Below are positions 26,055 to 32,000 of a stretch of 32,000 nucleotides of DNA, piece by piece. Source of the DNA: Cereibacter sphaeroides 2.4.1 (GTDB lineage Bacteria > Pseudomonadota > Alphaproteobacteria > Rhodobacterales > Rhodobacteraceae); contig NC_007494.2 of the NCBI RefSeq assembly GCF_000012905.2, forward strand, positions 60,001 to 92,000, read 5' to 3'. A program made the position numbers and the translations under genes. A model generated the notes under the pieces. The model was not told the origin of the DNA, did no database searches, and worked only from the letters and a program-made list of their open reading frames with translations. The stretch's first letter is position 1. Each line of letters begins with the position of its first letter.

Positions 26055-26113
26055 CTTCTGACATCACCCGCTTCGGTGGCGACAGCCGCCGCCGCACCCG
26101 AGGAGACAAGCCG

Positions 26114-27346
26114 GTGTCCGCCGAGACCACGCCTCCGCCGCTGCTCGACATCGAAGCCGCAACCCGGCTCGCCCGCGCGCTCGTCTCTCCGATCGCCGAG
26201 GCCGAGACCGTGCCGCTGGCGCAGGCGTCGGGCCGGGTCGCCGCGCGCAGGATCTCGGCGCCGCGGGCCCTGCCTGCCGCCGACCGCTCCGCCATGGACG
26301 GGTTCGCCCTGCGCGCGGGCGATCCGGGCGAGGGCGGCACACTGCCCGTGGCGGGCACCATTGCCGCCGGAGAGCCGCGCCGCGCCCTGTCCGAGGGCGC
26401 GAGCCTCCGCATCTTCACCGGGGCCCTCCTGCCCGAGGGTGCCGATGCCGTCGTGCCCCTCGAGGACTGCATCGAGGAGGGCGGCCGCCTCCGCCTCCGC
26501 CATCCCGCAAAGGCCGGCGACCATGTCCGCCGCGCCGGCAGCGAGCAGCCCGAAGGGGGCACGCTCCTGCGGTCCGGCGCGCGGGTCCGTCCGCAGCATG
26601 TGGGTCTGCTGGCCGCGAACGGGATCGGCGCGCTGGCCGTCGTGCGCCGTCCGCGTCTGGGCATCCTGTCGACCGGCGACGAACTCGGCCGGGACGGGCA
26701 GGGGCCCGAGGGCATCCCGGACAGCAATCGCCCCATGCTGATCGCCCTGGCCGAGGCCGCCGGCGCCGAGGTCGAGGATCTGGGGATCCTCCCCGACGAC
26801 CGCGACGCCCTCGTGGCGCGGCTGCAGGCGCTCGGCGGGCGTCACGATCTGCTGGTGACGTCCGGCGCCGTCTCGATGGGCGGTCGCGACCATCTGCGCC
26901 CCGCACTCGAAGCGGCGGGCGGCACGGTCGAGGGCTGGCGCGTGGCGCTGAAGCCGGGCAAGCCCGTGCTGTTCGGCCGCCTCGGCCCGACCGCCGTCAC
27001 CGCGCTGCCCGGCCATCCGCTCGCGGCCTTCGTCACCTTCCATCTCTTCGTCGCGGCCCAGATCGCGCAGATGCTGCGCTTGCCCTGGACGCCCCTCTTC
27101 ACCGAGCCCGCGCGGTCCGGCTTCGACGGCCTCCGCAAGCCGGGCCGTGCCGAGGTCGTGCCGGTGCGGATGGGCCACGGTCAGGTGCAGGGCGTGCCGA
27201 TCCTGCGCCGGCTGGGCGAGGGCGGCTCCGGCTCGCTCTATCCCCTGGCCGAGGCGGACGGTCTCGCTCTCGTTCCGTCCCACCTCGACCGCATTCGCAC
27301 CGGCGACCGGCTCCACTGGTACCGGTTCGCCTGCGGGCGGGGCTGA
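26114..27346 (+). CDS. moeA: Molybdopterin molybdenumtransferase MoeA
   Basis: 410 aa. GTG 26114 is 7 nt after AGGAGA. The motif ...ASGRVAARRISAPRALPAADRSAMDGFALR is typical of the MoeA N-domain, followed by a central MoCF_biosynth-like region. Confidence 0.88.
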   Translation: MSAETTPPPLLDIEAATRLARALVSPIAEAETVPLAQASGRVAARRISAPRALPAADRSAMDGFALRAGDPGEGGTLPVAGTIAAGEPRRALSEGASLRIFTGALLPEGADAVVPLEDCIEEGGRLRLRHPAKAGDHVRRAGSEQPEGGTLLRSGARVRPQHVGLLAANGIGALAVVRRPRLGILSTGDELGRDGQGPEGIPDSNRPMLIALAEAAGAEVEDLGILPDDRDALVARLQALGGRHDLLVTSGAVSMGGRDHLRPALEAAGGTVEGWRVALKPGKPVLFGRLGPTAVTALPGHPLAAFVTFHLFVAAQIAQMLRLPWTPLFTEPARSGFDGLRKPGRAEVVPVRMGHGQVQGVPILRRLGEGGSGSLYPLAEADGLALVPSHLDRIRTGDRLHWYRFACGRG

Positions 27347-27402
27347 TCCCGTGATCGCCCTGCCCGCCTTTCTTCCGCCCGCCGATCCCCAAGGATGTCG
27401 CC

Positions 27403-28419
27403 ATGCTTCATGATCCCCTTGTCCCGCTCAGCGACAGTTTCGGCCGCACGGTCACCTACCTGCGCGTCTCGGTCACCGACCGCTGCGACCTGCGCTGCAC
27501 CTACTGCATGTCCGAACACACGAGCTTCATGCCGAAGCGCGAGCTCCTGACGCTGGAAGAGCTCGACCGGCTGGTGAGCGCCTTCGTCGATCTGGGCGTG
27601 CGCAAGCTGCGCGTCACCGGGGGCGAGCCGCTCGTGCGGCGCGGCATCATGACCTTCTTTCAGGCGATGGGGCGCCATGTGCGCTCGGGCGCGCTGAAGG
27701 AGCTTACGCTCACCACGAACGGCACGCTGCTCGCCCGCCATGCGGCCGAACTGGCCGACTGCGGCGTGAAGCGGGTCAATGTCTCGCTCGACACGCTCGA
27801 TCCCGCGAAATACGGCCGGATCACCCGCTGGGGCCGGCTGGAGAATGTGCTGGGGGGCATCGCCGCGGCGCAGGCCGCGGGCCTCCGGGTCAAGATCAAC
27901 ACGGTGGCGCTGCGCGGGCAGAATGACGACGAGCTCTTCCGTCTCGTGGACTGGTGCGCCGAGCAGGGCTGCGATCTCACCTTCATCGAGGTCATGCCGA
28001 TGGGCGAATTCGGGGTCGAGGACCGGCTCTCGCAGTTCTGGCCGCTGAGCGAGCTGCGCGCCGAACTCGAGACCCGCTACCGGCTCGCCGACACGGCGCT
28101 CTCGACCGGCGGCCCCGCCTCCTATGTCCGGGTCGCGGAGACCGGCCAGACGATCGGCTTCATCCGCCCGCTCAGCCACAATTTCTGCGCCACCTGCAAC
28201 CGCGTGCGCCTGAGCTGCCGGGGCGAGCTCTACACCTGCCTCGGCACCGAAGGGTCGAGCGACCTGCGCCCGGCGCTCCGCGACGGCGAGGCGGGGCTCG
28301 GGCTCTATGCGGCCATTCAGACCGCGCTGCGCCTGAAACCTGCGGGCCACGCCTTCGGCTACCTCGCGGGCGGCGTGCAGGGCGCGATGGCGCGCGGCAT
28401 GAACCACACCGGCGGCTGA
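27403..28419 (+). CDS. moaA: GTP 3',8-cyclase MoaA (radical SAM)
   Basis: 338 aa. Radical-SAM motif: [18 protein letters not shown] (CX3CX2C). The second cluster is [18 protein letters not shown], and the protein ends in a C-terminal GG. Confidence 0.93.
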   Translation: MLHDPLVPLSDSFGRTVTYLRVSVTDRCDLRCTYCMSEHTSFMPKRELLTLEELDRLVSAFVDLGVRKLRVTGGEPLVRRGIMTFFQAMGRHVRSGALKELTLTTNGTLLARHAAELADCGVKRVNVSLDTLDPAKYGRITRWGRLENVLGGIAAAQAAGLRVKINTVALRGQNDDELFRLVDWCAEQGCDLTFIEVMPMGEFGVEDRLSQFWPLSELRAELETRYRLADTALSTGGPASYVRVAETGQTIGFIRPLSHNFCATCNRVRLSCRGELYTCLGTEGSSDLRPALRDGEAGLGLYAAIQTALRLKPAGHAFGYLAGGVQGAMARGMNHTGG

Positions 28420-28439
28420 TCGGAGAGGGGCGGCAGGCG

Positions 28440-28462
28440 GGGCGGACCCGGCCCGCCCTTTA
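28440..28462 (+). terminator. Intrinsic-terminator-like hairpin after moaA
   Basis: GGGCGG (28440-28445), 7-nt loop, CCGCCC (28453-28458), followed by TTTA. Confidence 0.4.
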
Positions 28463-28597
28463 CCGGCGCTTTCCGACCCACGCTGTCCGCCTGCTGGAGC
28501 CCGCGTGGCAGCGCGCGCAAAATGTCGCAGTGACATGTTTCTGTTGCGCTTCGCGCGTAGCACCGGTCCTGACCGAGCAACGGCCAGGAGAAGACCG

Positions 28598-30577
28598 ATG
28601 ACCGATCTGCGTCAGAGCCAGATCTTCCGCACCTCGAAGCTGGAGGAGGCCGACGGGCCGGGCCTCAATCCGACCGCCACTCCCACGATGGGCGACATCA
28701 TCGCCGCGCGCTTCTCGCGCCGCGGCTTCCTCAAGGGCTCGATGGCCTCCGCCGCCATCGCGACGACCGTTTCTCCGGTGGCGCTCCTTGCCGCGGGCGA
28801 GGCGCGTGCGCAGGGCAGCTCCGCCTTCAGCTTCCCCGAGGTCGAGGCCGGCGTCGATGCCGACCACCATGTGGCCGAGGGCTACGATGCCGATGTCCTG
28901 CTGCGCTGGGGCGACAAGGTCTTCGCCGATGCGCCGGAGTTCGATCCGCGGGCCCAGAGCGAGGCGGCGCAGGAGCGCCAGTTCGGCTACAACAACGACT
29001 TCGTGGGGTTCATTCCGCTCGACGGGGCGACCGACCGCGGCCTTCTGGTCGTGAACCACGAATATACCAACGAACATCTGATGTTCCCGAACGTCGTCAC
29101 CCTGAAGGACGGCGAGATGGTGGTGGCCGATGCCACCGCGGACCGGGCCGACATCGAGATGGCCGCCCACGGCGGCACCGTGATCGAACTGCGCAAGGTG
29201 GACGGCAAGTGGGCGCCGGTGCTCGACGGGCGCCTGAACCGCCGCATCACCGCCAAGACCCGGATGCAGCTCACGGGCCCGGCGGCGGGTCATGACCGGC
29301 TGAAGACCTCGGAGGATCCGTCGGGCGCCGAAGTGCTCGGCACGATCAACAACTGCGCGGGCGGCGTCACCCCGTGGGGCACCTACATCATGGCCGAGGA
29401 GAACATCCACGGCTACTTCCTGGGCGACCTGCCGGCCGATCATCCGGAGGCGCGCAACCACGAGCGGCTGGGCGTGCCCGGCGCCTCCTACCAGTGGGGC
29501 AGGTTCCACAAGCGCTTCGACGTGGGTCAGGAGCCCAACGAGCCGAACCGCTTCGGCTGGATCGTCGAGGTCGATGTGATGGACCCCACTTCGGTGCCGA
29601 AGAAGCGGACGGCCCTCGGACGCTTCAAGCACGAGGGCGCTGAAAGCGTCGTGGCCAAGGACGGCCGCGTCGTCTTCTATCTCGGCGACGACGAGCGCTT
29701 CGATTATGTCTACAAGTTCGTCACCAACGGCCGCTACAACCCCGACGACCGCGCGGCCAACATGGACCTCCTCGACGAGGGCACGCTCCATGTCGCCCGG
29801 TTCGAGGCCGACGGCTCGATGCGGTGGATCCCGCTCGTCCATGGCGAGGGTCCGCTCACGGCCGAGAACGGTTTCGAAAGCCAGGCCGACGTGCTGATCG
29901 AGACGCGGCGCGCGGCGGACCTTCTCGAGGCCACGCCCATGGACCGGCCCGAGGACATCCAGCCCAACCCGCAGACCGGCCGCGCCTATGTCATGCTGAC
30001 CAACAACACCAAGCGCACCGAGGCCGATGCCGCCAACCCGCGCGTGAAGAACGCCTTCGGCCATATCATCGAGATCCTCGAGGCCGACGGAGATTTCACG
30101 GCCACGACCGGCCGGTGGGAGATCCTGCTCCAGTGCGGCGACCCGGCGGTGGCCGAGGTGGGCGCGACCTTCTCGACCGAGACCACGAAGAACGGCTGGT
30201 TCGGCATGCCGGACAATGCCGCGGTGGATGCCGACGGCCGCCTCTGGGTCTCGACCGACGGCAACTCGATGGCCGATACCGGCCGGACCGACGGCCTCTG
30301 GGCGGTGGACACCGAGGGCGATGCGCGCGGGACCTCGCGCCTCTTCTACCGGGTGCCGGTCGGGGCCGAACTCTGCGGCCCCTGCCCGACCGAGGACATG
30401 AGCACCTTCTTCGTTGCGGTCCAGCATCCGGGCGACGGCGGCGAGGACTGGGAGGGCCACGGCCGCCTGTCCTACTACGAGGATCTCTCCACCCGCTGGC
30501 CGGATTTCAAGGACGACATGCCGGTGCGCCCGGCCGTCGTGGCGATCACCCGGCAGGGCGGCGGCCGCATCGGCTGA
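28598..30577 (+). CDS. phoX: PhoX-family (DUF839) secreted phosphatase, Tat signal
   Basis: Lies within track ORF 28505..30577. ATG 28598 follows AGGAGAAG; an alternative ATG is at 28688. The Tat motif is FSRRGFLKGSMASAAIATT...ARAQ. Family-typical segments are NNCAGGVTPWGTY, RFGWIVEVD, MDRPEDI and the beta-propeller-like repeats. Confidence 0.8.
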   Translation: MTDLRQSQIFRTSKLEEADGPGLNPTATPTMGDIIAARFSRRGFLKGSMASAAIATTVSPVALLAAGEARAQGSSAFSFPEVEAGVDADHHVAEGYDADVLLRWGDKVFADAPEFDPRAQSEAAQERQFGYNNDFVGFIPLDGATDRGLLVVNHEYTNEHLMFPNVVTLKDGEMVVADATADRADIEMAAHGGTVIELRKVDGKWAPVLDGRLNRRITAKTRMQLTGPAAGHDRLKTSEDPSGAEVLGTINNCAGGVTPWGTYIMAEENIHGYFLGDLPADHPEARNHERLGVPGASYQWGRFHKRFDVGQEPNEPNRFGWIVEVDVMDPTSVPKKRTALGRFKHEGAESVVAKDGRVVFYLGDDERFDYVYKFVTNGRYNPDDRAANMDLLDEGTLHVARFEADGSMRWIPLVHGEGPLTAENGFESQADVLIETRRAADLLEATPMDRPEDIQPNPQTGRAYVMLTNNTKRTEADAANPRVKNAFGHIIEILEADGDFTATTGRWEILLQCGDPAVAEVGATFSTETTKNGWFGMPDNAAVDADGRLWVSTDGNSMADTGRTDGLWAVDTEGDARGTSRLFYRVPVGAELCGPCPTEDMSTFFVAVQHPGDGGEDWEGHGRLSYYEDLSTRWPDFKDDMPVRPAVVAITRQGGGRIG

Positions 30578-30604
30578 CGCCGGAGGCCCGGCTGACCAGA
30601 GACG

Positions 30605-30628
30605 GAGGCGGGCCCGAAGGCCCGCCTC
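30605..30628. terminator. Bidirectional terminator-like hairpin between the convergent phoX and lysR-type genes
   Basis: GAGGCGGGCC (30605-30614), loop CGAA, GGCCCGCCTC (30619-30628): a perfect 10-bp stem followed by TT. A second perfect 10-bp hairpin lies at 30672-30694. Confidence 0.5.
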
Positions 30629-30872
30629 TTCCGGTCCGGCAGAAGCAACGTCCCGGGAGGGTCCTCGCGATCTGCGCCTCCCCCGGAGGCGCAGCGCAGC
30701 CGCCGGAGAGAAAATCCAGATCGGCGATGTCTGCCCAACCGAAGCAGCGCACCCCCATTTGCTCGTCTCGCGCTGACAGGCGGTCGTCGCCGCTGCGAGC
30801 GGCTACTGGCTCAAACCGGAGGCGCGTGGCCCCGTGCCGCGCCGATACCTCGATGACGGCATTCCTTCGCGG

Positions 30873-31751
30873 TCAAGCCTCCCCCTCGATGAACGGCTTT
30901 CGCGTGCGCAGGTCGGCCGCGACGAAGTCCAGAAACACCCGCACCCGGGCGGAGTGGCGCAATTCCCGATGCGTGAGAAGCCAGAGATCGGCCGCCAACT
31001 CCGGAAGCGGGGCCGACAGCCGCACGAGATCCTCGCGCTTATCGCCGATGAAGCAGGGCAGGTGGCCCTGGCCGATCCCGGCTGCGATGGCTTCCGCAAG
31101 GCCGCTCAGGCTGTTCAGCCGGTAGACCACCCGCTCGGCCGGCACGCGTGCACGCTCGGCCTTCACCACCGGCAGCGCGGCGAAGCTCTCGTTCAGCGAG
31201 ACCCAGGGGACGGGGGCCTCGGCCCCCCGCGGGCCGTAGAGCGCCCAGCCGATGCGGGCGGCCCGGCGACCGACCAGAGCCTCGGGCGGCGTGTCGGTGG
31301 CGCGGATCGCCACGTCCGCGTCGCGCTTGGAGAGGTTCAGCGCCGCATCGGCGATCACCACATCGAGCCGCACCTCGGGACACTTGCGCTGGAAGGCCGC
31401 GAAGATCGGCGTCAGGAGATGCACGAGCAGGGCCTCGCTGGTCGTGACCCGCAACTCGCCCGCGGGCTGGATCTCCTGCCCGGCGAGGCGGCGGGTGAAG
31501 GCCGCGATATCGCCATCGACCCGCTCTGCCAGCGCCACCATTTCCTCGCCCGCGGGGGTGGCCGCGTAGCCGGTGCGGTGGCGCTCGAAGAGGAGGGTGC
31601 CGAGGCGCTCCTCGATCTGGCCCAGACGCCGGAAGGCGGTGGAATGGGCGATGCCGAGGGCCGCGGCCGCCCCCGTCAGGCCGCCCGCCGCGGCCACGGC
31701 CTTCACCAGCCGGAAATCGTCCCACGCCAGCGTTCGGAAGGGATCGGCCAT
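30873..31751 (-). CDS. LysR-family transcriptional regulator
   Basis: Lies within track ORF 30873..31805. ATG 31751 gives the N-terminus MADPFRTLAWDDFRLVKAVAAAGGLTGAAAALGIAHSTAFRRLGQIEERLGTLLFER, the canonical LTTR HTH, and a substrate-binding C-domain follows. Confidence 0.87.
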   Translation of the reverse strand: MADPFRTLAWDDFRLVKAVAAAGGLTGAAAALGIAHSTAFRRLGQIEERLGTLLFERHRTGYAATPAGEEMVALAERVDGDIAAFTRRLAGQEIQPAGELRVTTSEALLVHLLTPIFAAFQRKCPEVRLDVVIADAALNLSKRDADVAIRATDTPPEALVGRRAARIGWALYGPRGAEAPVPWVSLNESFAALPVVKAERARVPAERVVYRLNSLSGLAEAIAAGIGQGHLPCFIGDKREDLVRLSAPLPELAADLWLLTHRELRHSARVRVFLDFVAADLRTRKPFIEGEA

Positions 31752-31800
31752 GGAGAATGCCCTCGCGGTCTGTGCTCCGGCGCAAGAAGCGCGCCATCGG

Positions 31801-31827
31801 TGCAAGGTTAGTCTTGCATGGATGCAA
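31801..31827. promoter_or_regulatory. Overlapping dyads containing a T-N11-A motif (candidate LTTR operator)
   Basis: TGCAA-N8-TTGCA spans 31801-31818 and TTGCAT-GG-ATGCAA spans 31814-31827. The T-N11-A runs from T31815 to A31827. The site lies 50-76 bp upstream of the LysR start, in the divergent intergenic region. Confidence 0.4.
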
Positions 31828-31911
31828 TGGGAAGCGGGGTGACGCGGCGGCCGGCCTTCCCCATCTTCCTGTCAACGCGAAGGGGCCGCCCCGGCCCCGA
31901 GGAGGATCGAA

Positions 31912-32000
31912 ATGACCCAAGGCCTGCACCATGTCACCGCCATCTCCGGCCCGGCCCGCCGCAATCTCGACTTCTATACCCGCACGCTCGGGCTGCGCCT
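31912..32000 (+). CDS. VOC-superfamily ring-cleaving dioxygenase / glyoxalase-like protein (5' fragment, continues beyond the window)
   Basis: ATG 31912 follows GGAGGA (31901-31906). MTQGLHHVTAISGPARRNLDFYTRTLGLR matches the conserved N-terminus (G[IL]HHVTAI...N..FY...LGLR) of this family. Confidence 0.65.
   Translation, partial: MTQGLHHVTAISGPARRNLDFYTRTLGLR

Noticed and set aside
25984-26113. Moco riboswitch upstream of moeA
   Set aside because: The length and GC-rich hairpins made me look, but I cannot recognise the conserved Moco-motif core from memory. I have not called it and have left it as a check using an Infernal/Rfam scan.
23527-26736. 1069-aa minus-strand ORF, the longest in the track
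   Set aside because: It is antisense to dorA and the start of moeA. It has no domain-like sequence and extreme Arg/Ala/Gly/Pro content, so it is a shadow ORF.
28483-28547. Possible Pho box upstream of phoX (CTGTCCG-N4-CTGGAGC; GTGACAT / CTGTTGC at 11-bp phase)
   Set aside because: Each half-site matches CTGTCAT at only 3-5 of 7 positions. That is not distinguishable from background by eye.
1-32000. Scan for tRNA, rRNA, CRISPR arrays, integrases, toxin-antitoxin or defence-system genes
   Set aside because: I saw no cloverleaf-like or rRNA-like segments and no regularly spaced direct repeats. No ORFs carry nuclease, helicase, methylase, integrase or toxin-antitoxin hallmarks. The window is metabolic, transport and regulatory in content.

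Overview
This is very GC-rich, densely coding alphaproteobacterial DNA. From HemT and DorA sequences I recognise from memory, it looks like Rhodobacter/Cereibacter sphaeroides chromosome II; no search was run. I call 24 CDS, one of them cut by the window end.

Left to right:
- hemT, the second 5-aminolevulinate synthase isozyme.
- A GntR/FCD regulator divergent from a Dpp/Opp-type ABC importer (two permeases, two ATPases, and a Tat-signal family-5 binding protein placed last), followed by an MFS_3-type transporter and a signal-less CocE/NonD (S15) hydrolase.
- On the minus strand, a Pot-like ABC importer (ATPase, binding protein, two permeases) with an SDR oxidoreductase tucked behind it, divergent from a LuxR-type regulator.
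- An ~850-bp gap with no intact gene. It holds frameshifted, codon-biased fragments (possibly an IS630-type transposase relic) and a near-perfect FNR/FnrL box.
- The complete DMSO/TMAO respiration locus: dorS, dorR and dorC-dorB-dorA, with four helically phased tor-box-like decamers in the dorR/dorC intergenic region.
- The molybdenum-cofactor genes moeA and moaA.
- A Tat-exported PhoX-family (DUF839) phosphatase.
- A LysR regulator divergent from a VOC/ring-cleaving dioxygenase gene.

I saw no rRNA, tRNA, CRISPR array, prophage or recognisable defence system, and nothing here convinces me of a wholly new system.

The best leads are:
- DorS, which appears to be a transmembrane-less (cytoplasmic) sensor.
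- The two uncharacterised transporter-plus-enzyme modules.
- The decayed element next to the dorS promoter.
- Several unexplained operator-like repeats.

Many very long ORFs in the track are antisense or off-frame shadows typical of high-GC DNA, and I rejected them. All family assignments come from reading the translations and need a BLAST/HMM check.
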